From the NCBI GenBank assembly GCA_002633005.1, contig NMRA01000007.1:1068362-1132361 (forward strand): a stretch of DNA of 64,000 nt, in the 5' to 3' direction. The position numbers and the translations under genes were made by a program. Position 1 is the stretch's first letter, and each line of letters begins with the position of its first letter. Of this stretch, positions 1 to 12,500 are shown one piece after another. The notes beneath the pieces were generated by a model. That model was not told where the DNA came from. It made no database searches and saw only the letters and a program-made list of their open reading frames with translations. The stretch is from Phoronis australis. Lineage: Eukaryota; Animalia; Phoronida.

Positions 1-371
1 CACAGAATGGACAAATCCATTTTTATGACAAAACTGGCATTAAAGCTGTATTTTCTGTCAAAAAAATAAATTTTGATTTAGGCTTCTTACCATTCCAAAA
101 CGTGTCGTGTCTAGTTCCTTACTCAATTTAGAAGTGATCTCTGGGATCCTGAACAACAGATGGCTATGTCTGCAGATCTAACATGTAACTTTCATATCAC
201 AGTGTGAAATTTTGTGAGCTTGGTATAAAGAAATACCTGTCAAATACTCCAAACCCAGAAAACACGCTAACAAAGGAAAAGTTTGTGTCAGACCAATTTC
301 ATAGCGGCGTGTGGCCTAAATTAAAACTCGTTTTTGACAGAAAGCACACTGCTTTGAAAGTTGTTTGTTGT

Positions 372-377
372 TTTATT
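372..377 (-). terminator. Candidate polyadenylation signal of eIF4A3
   Basis: AATAAA on the minus strand ~190 nt after the stop; the 3' UTR may extend further. Confidence 0.35.
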
Positions 378-567
378 GGCGACTTGTTTCCATCTCCAAC
401 CCTTACATATCCTGCATCCTAAATTCCACCAAAATTTCCCAGTCTCGTACACAAGTATTTACAGTAGCTATTGCTATGTACATCATATGTAATGTTGGTC
501 CTTTTAGGTGACCACTCTATAACCACACAGGCGTCTGCTACCCCCACTTCTTCCAAGTCCTGGCTCT

Positions 568-584
568 TTAAATCAGATCGGCAA
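568..584 (-). CDS. EIF4A3: eIF4A3 terminal coding exon (VADLI*)
   Basis: tttcag|TT GCC GAT CTG ATT TAA completes the conserved eIF4A C-terminus MNVADLI. Confidence 0.93.
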
Positions 585-3500
585 CTGAAAACGCAAAAAG
601 ATTATAGTCAAGTACATCAAGTGCACGGTCGTAAGCACAATATTGCGAATGCAAAACAGTGTTTTTAAGAGAGCGAAACATTGCAACTGATCTCAAGCGA
701 TTATTCAGAGATAACTACTACCTTCAGTAGCCACGAGAACAGAGAGCAAAATCCAAGTATCATCTGCCTTAACAAAAAAAAACAGACTGACTACCAGTGA
801 CAAAATGGAAATTCATTAACCTAACCACGGATGGTGCAAGTGACAAATTTCTTAACAGGTGTTTGTAATTTGTAAATCCACTTTTACTTAATACAGTTAT
901 GTGATAACTATGTGGTAATAAGTTGAAGAATAATTCAAGTAGCATGTGAGATACATCATGAAGATGGGTCCATACTGAAATTGAAGGAATTGTCCATTTA
1001 AGTTTCTACAGTAACTTAAATGCAAGTGATCATTTATGGAACTGGCAAGTAAGCATGAGTGAAAAAGTAATCAACCTTGACAAGGTTGGCAGTCCCTTCT
1101 AAAATGGAACTGCTTCAAGTCGAGCGCAGCTTGCCTCTAGATTCCTTCCGAAAAGAGAAACCAAAAGCCACCGTGGCAAAGAAAAACCCCCGAGATTAGT
1201 GTCATGGAGACAATAACACTGATTATTTTCATAATGAAGTAGTGTGTACACTACAAGCCAGCATTGTGACGGTCAATCCTGCCAGCATTGTGACGGTCAA
1301 TCCTGCTAGCAGTTTTTCCGGTCAATTCTGTGAGTCTTTTCAATACCAAAAGCGGACGTCATTCAACCCCAGTATAAGGCCGACGCATGCATAGAACTCG
1401 GTCAAATCACAAAAAATGATAACCAATTTTCAAAAATATATGCATGGGATCAATGTTTGTCCAAGAGATAAAGAATGTCCGCAGGAATATTCTAGAGCGG
1501 TTGGGAATTTTGCAAGCACGGCCACCCTAAATGATTAATTTACACTCCCTAGTAATTGGCCTATCCAAACAGGGCATCGTGAACATGGCGTTTTACTCAT
1601 TGGATTGAGCATTTCAATAGGGACGACAGTACTACAAGGTCCTCATGTAGCAGATTGAATCCGATGCAACTTTCGACAGAAATGGCGATTCTCACGTGCA
1701 GTAATGTGGGAACACCAGACCTAATTACAGTGGTCTTCTCCGTTTGCAACGCACAGCATATAATGAGAACATGTTTGTTTATGGTTAGATCTGAACTGTA
1801 GGATTAGTGAATAGCTTGCCCATCACGATGGGTGGCTACTATGATGGTCAATTCTGTTTACACCTAACCGTCACAGATGGGAACTCTTTTAGCCCTCAGT
1901 CGCCATGACGGGGAATACAGGTCATTTGACCAATTTATTTTCGCTTGTACTGTAGGAAGGAAAAGCCGCTTTAGGTGACACTGTATCGGTGCTTACCGTT
2001 CATGGGCATTTCATCAATCTGTGTGGAGTAGTACTGTTCAATATCCCGTAGGATACGGATATCATCCTGTTTAACGAAGTTGATGGCTACACCCTTACGT
2101 CCAAATCGACCAGAACGACCAATCCTGAAAGGAAGTGCAAACAGTGATGTAGAAACATACAAAAGAACCACGTGAAATTGTACGGAACACCATCCAATAT
2201 ACTTGACAACGTAATTTCAAGTCAACAGTTGGCTAAATTCATGGTTGGAGGTTCCTGACAGTATTTGTTGCCCTTATTTAAACCACAACTACAGTGCAAT
2301 CATCCTTTTAGATGGATTTATTAGTGTGATTCCACAGAATTGTGTCGCTTGCATTATACTGAAAATATGGCACAGTGCACATGACAGCGGTGCTTTCCAG
2401 AGACCAAGATTCATGCGAGAAAAATAAAATCATGCAAAAACCACTCAAAATCTCACGAATGAAAGGTGTTTCGTGAGTAAGCAAGGCTGCTTCTAAGTGT
2501 AAACTAGCAAAATAGCTGCCACTGAAGTGACTGATCGGCAAGGCTGAAATGTTGAATTACGGGACTAAACGCACACCATGTTGATTCCATGGCGATTTCG
2601 CATGTAACTGATTTGACCGAGACCATGGAATCACACTGGAACTTTTTCATGATCAAGGCGATTCACATGTCATATCCTAATCAAATATGATTAGGTGTAT
2701 CACACCGTAAGACTAATTAACAAATGCCAAAATCAAAATGCCCAAAGACTGAATCTACAGTAATAGAACTGGAGTCGTAACTGGAAAATACGGTCAAAAA
2801 TGTCTGATTTTTAATTCATAAGTCACATCTATCATTTCTTTCCTCCTGCCATATTTTACTGAAGCCATAAATCCTGGAGATTGTGCAACAGTAGCTCCTG
2901 ACCATTTCCTATTCAGACAGACAATCATTCTATTACCTAACCTGTGTGACGGCCTGGGAAAGCAACGATACTGGACTCGTTATCAATCAACAAATATACA
3001 CAATATTCACGCAGTAGTCATTTTAAAAATGAGCCTCTTGTTAGGTTTTAAAAACAGTACATTTTGCACTTAAATACAGTGCAAAACGTGATTTTTTGCT
3101 TGCCTCATAATATTCATGTCTCAAATACACTGTTTTAAACCTAAAGAGAGTCTCACTACCGAAATGGCAACCACGTGAATAGGGTCAATAATGTTAATTA
3201 TCCCAGCACTAAGCAAACATGTCCAAGACCAGGAACAGGATGGAATGTACCAATATGGAGAGTCATTAAGCACAAGTGCTGTGTGGCTCAAATTCTACTA
3301 CAATGCCGCTATAAACCTATTACAGCTTCGAATTCATAGAAAATTCTGACCAACTCACCTGTGGATGTACAACTCACGGTTGTTGGGCAGGTCATAGTTG
3401 ATAACCAGCGACACCTGTTGGACATCAATACCGCGGGCCCACACATCTGTTGTGATCAGGACACGGCTGAAATGTGAAGTGAAGCACCTGGGTGTGTGTT

Positions 3501-6500
3501 TGCACTAAGTGTTGAAATATGCATTTGAGATTTCCAAAGCGGTGAAATGTGTTCTTCATTTTGCTGGGGCTATATTATTTAAATACAACCTCATACTGCC
3601 ACTAAGAATGGGTATCTAATGATGAAACACAGACCGGTAGTTCAAATGTGAAACAAAATTGTATTCAATGTACACAAGCTGACAATCAAGTCAAAGATCA
3701 GTACACAACAAAGGTCAGAATACAGACCTATGTGAATGCTTGCAGGTTACTTTTAAGATAACTCAACATACTATTTTACAAGTCACTACTGGTAATGCGA
3801 ATTCAGACCAGTGTAAAAACCTTCAAATTCTGAAATCTTCCATTCATTGTGTAGTACTAGTCACACAGAGAACCAGTTTTATCCACCAAATAACCAGCAC
3901 AAAACTGGTTCTCAAAATCCAGGACCTTTGTAATGAGCCCTCATGTAGTGTGACGTTGTTTAATTGACGTTCCCTTACCTTCCTCCCGACCGGAATTCCT
4001 TCATGATGGCCTCTCTCTCCTTCTGCAGCATATCACCGTGCATGGAAGACACAGTGAAGTTGGCTTCCCTCATCTTCTCTGTCAGCCAGTCCACCTATGC
4101 AATCAGTGGCAAAAGATTCGTCAGACATGGGAGAAAATGACATGCTACTCGTTTCATGAAAATCGACTCAGAGAACAAACTGGAGCTCTCGAAAGAACAG
4201 GAAAAAAATCACATATCTCTCCGCTAATTAACTCGTGGATCAGTACTTAAATACAAAGATGGGTGACTGAGATAAAACACCTTGAGTAAGCCTATTTCAG
4301 AGTGCCCACAAGCCCTTTGGCAGTCAACGATAACTGACAGCTATAGTGAACACTATTTTGGAAATCCAAAGAAATATAACTAAAGTATAATAACCCATGA
4401 CTGGGTATTGTGTAGAGCCTAGTGAGGACACCACATCAAGTGAACCTATGGAAGGAGTGTGCATTACATTATTACCTTTCTCTTTGTGTTGCAGAAGATG
4501 ACTGCTTGTGTGATGGTCAATGTATCGTAGAGGTCACACAGTGTGTCAAACTTCCACTCCTCCCTCTCCACCGCCACGAAGAACTGCTTAATGCCCTCTA
4601 GTGTCAACTCATCACTGCAAGCACAACAGTTACTCATAAGAAAGGACAAAAAAGGAATTCAGTTTGAATATGAACAAGCAGCAGAAGGGGAACCCAGGGT
4701 CTGTTTCATGACAAGTGATTTAAGACTAAGTAAGAAATTTGATTTTATGCTTCACGCATTTTAGAAAAATAATGATCTCTGACTTTAGCAAAGGCACAAA
4801 GTTTCTGTGAATATACTCATAACTCGCAACCACTGAGATGATTTGTATAAATTTGATCACACCTGTGATACACAAATAACTACATGGCTAAGTCTTTATT
4901 CACACCTGTGATACACAAATAACTACATGGCTAAGTCTTTATTCAGAACTGTGATACACAAATAACTACATGGCTAAGTCTTTATTCACACCTGTGATAC
5001 ACAAATAACTACATGGCTAAGTCTTTATTCACAACTGTGATACACAAATAACTACATGGCTAAGTTTTTATTCACAATTGTGATACACAAATAACTACAT
5101 GGCTAAGTCTTTATTCACAACTGTGATACACAAATAACTACATGGCTAAGTCTTTATTCAGAAATTGTGAAGTGGGAGTTTGAGACCAAATTTCTGACTT
5201 CAATCTTAAGTCACGTTTCATGAAACAGACACCAGGGGTCGTCTCGTAGACTGTAAGACATTCCCACAATTCAACACTCCAACCTCACCGACCAATCACT
5301 TCAGTGGCGGCCATTTTGCAAGGGAAGGTTGGCAAGATCCAGAGCATACCAACAAAAGACTAGTACCTGTTCACGTGCAGTTTTGCAAGGTCTTGAGAGA
5401 TGTTGCCTCTCTCGCACGAAACTTTGTCTATGTATGCTCTTCAGCTTTGTTTTGGAAAAAACAAGAGACAAAAACAAATTGCATGGAAAGACCTCATAAT
5501 GTTGGAATGGATGGCATTCGAAATGTTTAAGCTTCGGCTTCCCTTCCACTTTCTGCTTAAATACGAAATCAAGAATTTTTTGTAGCAACATCAATGAAGC
5601 CCAGATTTTGAGAACCAGTTTCCTCCACTTACTGACCAGCAGTAATAAAATTGGTTCTCGAAATCTGGGGCCCTTGTATGTGACTTATGCCCTCACCGTT
5701 TCACCAGAATGCGAATAGGATCTGTCATAAACTTTTGCGTCATCTCCAAAATCTCGTGAGGCAGCGTGGCAGACATTAGTACCACCTGGGTAGCTGGTGG
5801 TAGGTAGCGGTATACGTCGTAGATCTGCTCTTTGAAACCTGCAGGACAAGACACGTGTCAAATGCAATTTGTATGCTCACGTTTTCGAAACGACATCTTA
5901 CTAGTGATTAATAAGGATACTCATAACATTTACACCAAAAAGTTCACTTAACAAGATTCATGACCACTCCCATAAAAGGGAGCAATGCTAGTAAAGCTTA
6001 ATTAGCCTCGAGAGGAATGGCAAGTCACCAGTGCTCTCCCCAATAGGAATGCACATACAAAAAAACAATAAAGTAGCCAGTAGGGGGCAAAATGTAGGTT
6101 AAATCTGTCTGAAACAGAGCTTGTACTGTTATCTGGGTGAAAGAAACTTATTTGGCTAATTTGCCAAACATATGTAATTAAACATAAGACAAATGCAAAA
6201 AAAAATGCCACTAGGGACTCTACAGCGGTCAGATTTGATCCAAAATCCACATTAATTTACTTTCCCCAATATATAACACACACAAATTTTATGAAGATCC
6301 ATCAAAGAAGATGGTAGACATTGAACCACGGGCAAAATTGCCACTAGGAGAGACCACAGCACGCGCAACTATCCGAAAATCATCATCAGCTACGTACTTC
6401 CAAGAATAAACGTATATGCTAATTTTCATAATGATCCTTAGAGTAGTTTGGCCACCAGAGAGGCGGATGCCAAAAACCAGGCTCAAAAAAGTAATAAAAA

Positions 6501-9500
6501 TGACCACTAGGTGGCATACAAATGTTCCACTGTTGCATAAGGGCTATTAATAACAAACTGCAAGTGTTTTTGATAGTTTACCTTGAACATTAATGTCAAA
6601 TAAAATTTGACCGTATTAATGACATCATTGCTTAGTTATCGATATACTTTCTTTGTGGCTAAATTCTACTAAAAAGTTATGTGACCCAATTAATAACAGA
6701 TCGGTAAAAAGTCAAAAATCAAATTCTACAGACTCTACTTTCATAAAATATATACTTTTACTGTGTTAAAATATTTAGTTTTTTCTAAATGAACAGAGTT
6801 GTCGATAAGGCCCAACATAACATAAGATCCCATTATTGGATTGTGTTTGCGGACTGATGCACAAATTTCATAGACTAGTTCATCACAGTGTTTTGTCTTA
6901 AAGGGGAATATTTTCTATTTTTGAAATTTTTGGTGAAGTTACAATATCTTAATTGCTCCAGAAGGCATTTAGATTTTTTTAGAAAAACGGCAATTCTCCA
7001 AACCATAACACTGATGCTGAGAGTAAAGTCGCACAATGCAAACAACACTATCCGTTTTACTGGCTGAGTCGCTGTCTTCGGCACTATTGCTCAAGTCAAA
7101 TGGCAAATTGTTCCTAACAAGCTGGGACTGAAAATCAACAGATGTCTTGGCCATTAAGCACAATTACTTGAATGGAAGAGCAAGGAAACAGGATATTTGA
7201 ACTTATTCACTGTGTCACACATCTGGTTTGAGAAATTATTATCAAGTTTCTTTTATAGAGACAAATTATTAAAATATTCAAAATACCTTTTATACTATAA
7301 GTAAAATATGCCAAATAGACCAGAATGGTTTTCAAAGCATTTAACGTTCTCCTTTAGAGAGAGTGGATGCACTAACAAGTTAAGCTACTCACCTTTGTTA
7401 AGCATCTCGTCGGCTTCATCAAGTACCAACATCTTGATGGATCTCGTTCTTAAGTTCCGCCTGCGAATCATGTCTTGATTTGAAAAAAAAGAAACCAGTT
7501 TAAGGAAATGGCACACAATCATGAGATCCAACAGCAACTTGAACTGGGCAGCTTTTGCAATTACACTAGATACTGAAAGTTACATTTCAGGAGAGCTCTC
7601 ATAAAAACACTACTCCAACTGAACGGGTATCGGAATTGAAAGGTGTCGTCAAGAAAAGTTATTCTGGTGGGTTCAAAATTAATCTGACAAACTTCCTTTA
7701 TCCACTCGCTCCGCATTTTGTAGTCTTTGAATGTCGGGAAGGTGAAGAACTTAACACCACACATTCATAGGTAATAGCCAAGTTTATCCAACTTTCTACT
7801 TTTGAAGTTGCAGCCCACACCACAGCAGTAATACTTCAAGGATGAATAGAATAATGGAGCAGAGAAAAACTTGTAAGGAAAACGACAACAACAAAGAACT
7901 CCAATGGCACGGAAATCGTAAGGCTACTAAAGTGCTTGACGGAAATCGGGCCACTGTGGTTAAATACAGTGAGATTCAAGTATGACTGTGAAATTCGCGA
8001 TTATCCTGTTCAATTACTACATGAATATAACTATGTCCGTACTGAGAAAGTGGCAGTTATAGTCCGCAAATTTTCCCTACTTGCTCTCAATACCTTGTTA
8101 GTGATAAAACGCAGCAGCGATTTTACAACTACATCGTTCAAAGTTTGACAAATACAAACCAGTGCTCGATTAAATTTTCACTTTGCAGGTAATCTTGAGT
8201 TAAAATTCAGACTTTTGACGCTTGCAATAACCATAGATTACAAAGTGCGTAATTTCTGTGACTAACCAAACAATCTTCGGCAATGCAATGATTCTCGTGC
8301 GTAATGCATGTCTGCAAATAAAATTGGCAGGTCACCTGATGCCTTTTATGATACACGAGGTGTGCTTAGACCACACCTGCAGGCCCTGTCTACAACAGAG
8401 TGGCTTCAAATCTCAACAGAGTTGCTTTTTCTTATGCTGGCACAAGTATTGGCACTCTCTGAGCCCAGTTCTGAGTTGCCTTGCATAATTTCACCAAACT
8501 CCCATGAATCCATATATGCGGAAAGAGCCCAGGGTCCATGATCTAAACTCTGAACCGGAGACTCTTGAAATTTAACCAATCACGCTACATGATTAGAGTA
8601 CAAATTTGAAAGTTTACTCAAAGCCTGACAGGCAATTGGTCAATTTCTAGACGAGTTTCGAATATAGAGATCACACTCCGAACTCTGGTGTGGAACTGCC
8701 TTGTCACTCACCGAATACGCGACCAGGGGTTCCAGAGACAACATGCTGTCCATAGTCGAGCTTTCTGATGTCCTCGCCGATGTTTGTTCCTCCAATACAT
8801 GCATGACACTGCACGTTCATGTAATCACCTAAAGCCAGGATGACCTAGGGTTGAGAAATAACATATAATCACGTGAGGCAAAACATGACCTATGGTTCAG
8901 AAATAACGTATTGTAGCAGTAAAATTTCTTCAGTTTGGGACACAATGTGAGAGATAGACAAGTGAAATTATGTTTTGCCAAAGTTCTCATCAAAACTAAC
9001 CTCTCCGCAAATTGCACTCTGCAATTCTTTTCTTCCCAAAAAGTAGAACTTTTACTGCAATCAGTAAAGTCAAGAATGACTTACACAGGCCGAAACAGAC
9101 AATTGGAAGATGGCAGACAATGCCGCAATGAATCATATTTTGAAAATAACATTTAATCACTCAAGATGAGAAAAAAACGTGTTACGCACCAGGCAAAGTA
9201 TTTGTGGAACGGACTCAACATCAAAACTAAACTTAACTCTTTTAATTGTGATGTCTCACAGGACAGTATTAAATTGAAACCTAGAAATTAGGCCAGGTTA
9301 AAAATGACCACTTTTGGTCTTTCTTATGTCCAGAAAGTATGTGCACATTTGAATCGTTTAAGTATATTTTACAAGCACATTCTTTAGTTTTGTTCATTAC
9401 ATTTACTTTACAATGCTTCGGGTACAAACCTTAACACCTGACTGAATATAATGGATGCAGACAGGAATCTTATCATGAAAAGTGTGGCGTGCAGACTAGA

Positions 9501-12500
9501 CTATATTTCCACGCTGGTTTAAGGTATACATAATCATATACATTCAGGAGTTACTGCTAAGACTGATTGGACTTCTGTGTTCGACCAGTGGACCCGATGG
9601 TTTAGTCGACTTGAGTGTCTGCACGGTTAGCAGCATGTCCCGGGTTTGAGTCCCAGTTAGGACAGAAATCTTTTCAGACTTATGTTCATTAGGTCACGCG
9701 ATGTGGCCAATAGGTGGCGTGCGGACCAGACTCAAGAATCTTTGCGATCTATGCTTCCATGCCGCTTCAAGATTTCCATATTCATAAAAAAGTTGCATCT
9801 TCGATTCTGATGCTACAATCGAACAGAGAAAACAATTTACCTTTTGTATCTGGGTAGCGAGTTCTCTGGTCGGTGACAACACCAATGCCTGTGTTTCACG
9901 CGCTTGTGTGTCTAAGCTCTGCAGGATGGATATGGAGAAGGTTGCTGTCTTACCAGTACCAGACTGGGCCCTGTTCAATACAAAGAGACGTGTGAAACAA
10001 CTACATCGCGCAATCCAAGTTCAGTGAGTCAGCAACTTTGAACAAAAGTTGTTCATGCCAAAATTATATTCCAACTTCAGAATTATTTCGGTCGCATCCA
10101 GGGACATCGCCACGCCTGTGACAGAACAACTGAGTGGGATTAAATGGATGAAAAATTACCGCATATTCCCTTAGTAACTCATTACTTATAATGTGGAAAG
10201 TTGTATACAAGAAAGCTTACTAGTATGCGGCTGACTAGAAAGACATAGACAAACTTGACTCACGCTGTGATATCACTCCCAGACACCCAACTCAAACTGA
10301 CACTGAGCAAGATGTAAGTGGTACAGTTGTCTCTATAATCAACAGTACACTGATGTCAAACTTATCAGCAAGTTCCTTTGCTGCCTGTCAGGAACTTGAA
10401 ATGACGCTAGAGTGCAGCATGAACGATGCTTTGATAATAGGCAAATATCAAACTGAGGAACAATAGACAAACAGAATAAAACAGAATACCGTAACAGAAT
10501 GCTCATCTCACATCACAGTATATGTCAAATAAATAATGGGATGTGAACTGATCGTTCCGTCTCCATATTGTGTTCTAATCTGATTGACTATCATACCTGA
10601 GGGTCACATCTGCCTAACATCAAAGCGTAGTTCATGATACGGTATAGCATCAACTTCATCTTTTAAGTGGGAATAAGAAGTCTCCTGTTACAATGACTAA
10701 AGTTGGGTGAATGCGTTTTGACTACATTCAATGTTCGATGAACATGAGACTGGGAAAAAAGTCAGGGTATCCAACAACTGTTTTTGGTATTGTGTTGATC
10801 TGGACCACCCAAAACTGAAGGACTATTCAAATAAAAATCAAAATCTTCAAAAATGTCTGTCCAGTAGAGCAACTTACTGCGCAATAACGTCTCTGCCTTT
10901 CGTAACAGGTTTAATGGCTCTCTGCTGAATGGCGGAAGGCTTCTCAAATCCTACAAGACAAACATAATGTAACTGAAGGAGATACTGCAACAATGACTCA
11001 CACAAACAGCCGCACAGTTTTTCTTTTCCTTTTATTTTCAAAAAAAAACTGCGAGGCCAGTGACCTTTAACTTACCAGGTCACCTTCAGACACCGCCTCA
11101 CAGATACTCACAAGCATGCACACTTTGATGTCATATCCCCTGGCGCCAACAGCCTAAACATGGCCAGTTGTCGATTTGGGCAACTGAACAAAGCTCCGTT
11201 CGAAAAAAGTTTCATTGTGGGATTGGTTGAGCTGGGAAGAGTTTAAAGGAGAGTGCCACCCGATTTAATTTGCTTTTTTACCATCTTAATCGGTCTATAT
11301 CCACATCACCTCGTATATAGTCGATCTCACCTGGCCGAGAGGTGTCGCGTTAACCTATGAGGAAGGTGAGTACACAACACAGCGACATCAGTGGTTCTTC
11401 AGCTGAGTGTGTGCATCATAGCCGCTTGTGTGAACTATGAAGCTGTGTTGGAAAGCGGGTATATCGTTTTTTTTCAATATCCTCGAGAATCCAAAATGCT
11501 TCAGAAGCAGCTCGCAGTAGTTAGATTGTAAGTTGCCATGTTGACCTTTATTATCTATTGTGCTTCTGTTTCAAAATGAATTATTCTCACCCTAACCAAG
11601 GGTTATATGAAACTGAAACAAAGTGTCAAAGCCTGTCTCAGTAGATGCAATTTGTAATGTCTTTGTTGGAGTGTTGTGAGTGCAAATGTTTTGAGAAACC
11701 AACTATGAATAAATACTGCTCTACAACGAAAAATTGCAGCCTTCGGGGCACTAGTCGGATATAATGGACCCTAACTTATTCCAAATAAATCCACTAAATG
11801 TACGTCTAAATGAATGATTTTGGTATCGTTGCATTCCTCAGACATCTGGCTATCCGTACAAATGCTTTTCACGAGCCTCAATTACTCTAGTCTATAACTA
11901 CGCTGTTCCGAACTCGGTCCACTTTAGCCACGCACATCGTGAAATCGGCAGCCATTTCAGGGAACTTACTGTATCTAGCGATATCTATCGGCGATTTGCT
12001 ACAACACACGCTGTTCCTTTTTCATCAGTCAACGTCATTGGTTGATTTCGTCAATAATTCACGACAATCGTTATTAATCATCGTACGTCTGCTCTCGTCA
12101 TCACCTTCGTCGTCTCTCTCCCGATCGTATCTGTCATCATCATGTTATCGTCGCCCATGTTGACTGATGAAAAAGGAACAGCGCGTGTTGTAGCAAATCG
12201 CCGATAGATGGCGCTAGATATAGTAAGTTCCCTGAAATGGCTGCCGATTTCACAATGCGCATGGCTAAAGTGGACCAAGTTCAGAAAAGCGTAGTTATAG
12301 ACTAGAGTAATTGAGGGTCGTGAAAAGGATTTGTACGTACGGATAACCAGATGTCTGAGGAATGCAGCGATACCAAAATCATTCATTTAGACCTACATTT
12401 AGTGGATTTATTTGGAATAAGTTAGGGTCCATTATATCCGACTAGTGCCCCGAAGGCTGCAATTTTTCGTTGTAGAGCGACTGATTTGTGTTATGGTTTC

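Noticed and set aside
4858-5170. CRISPR-like array
   Set aside because: Units are contiguous with no unique spacers, there are no cas genes, and it lies in a eukaryotic intron; it is a minisatellite.
9591-9663. Functional tRNA gene
   Set aside because: A and B boxes are degenerate and I could not build a full cloverleaf; treated as a SINE head.
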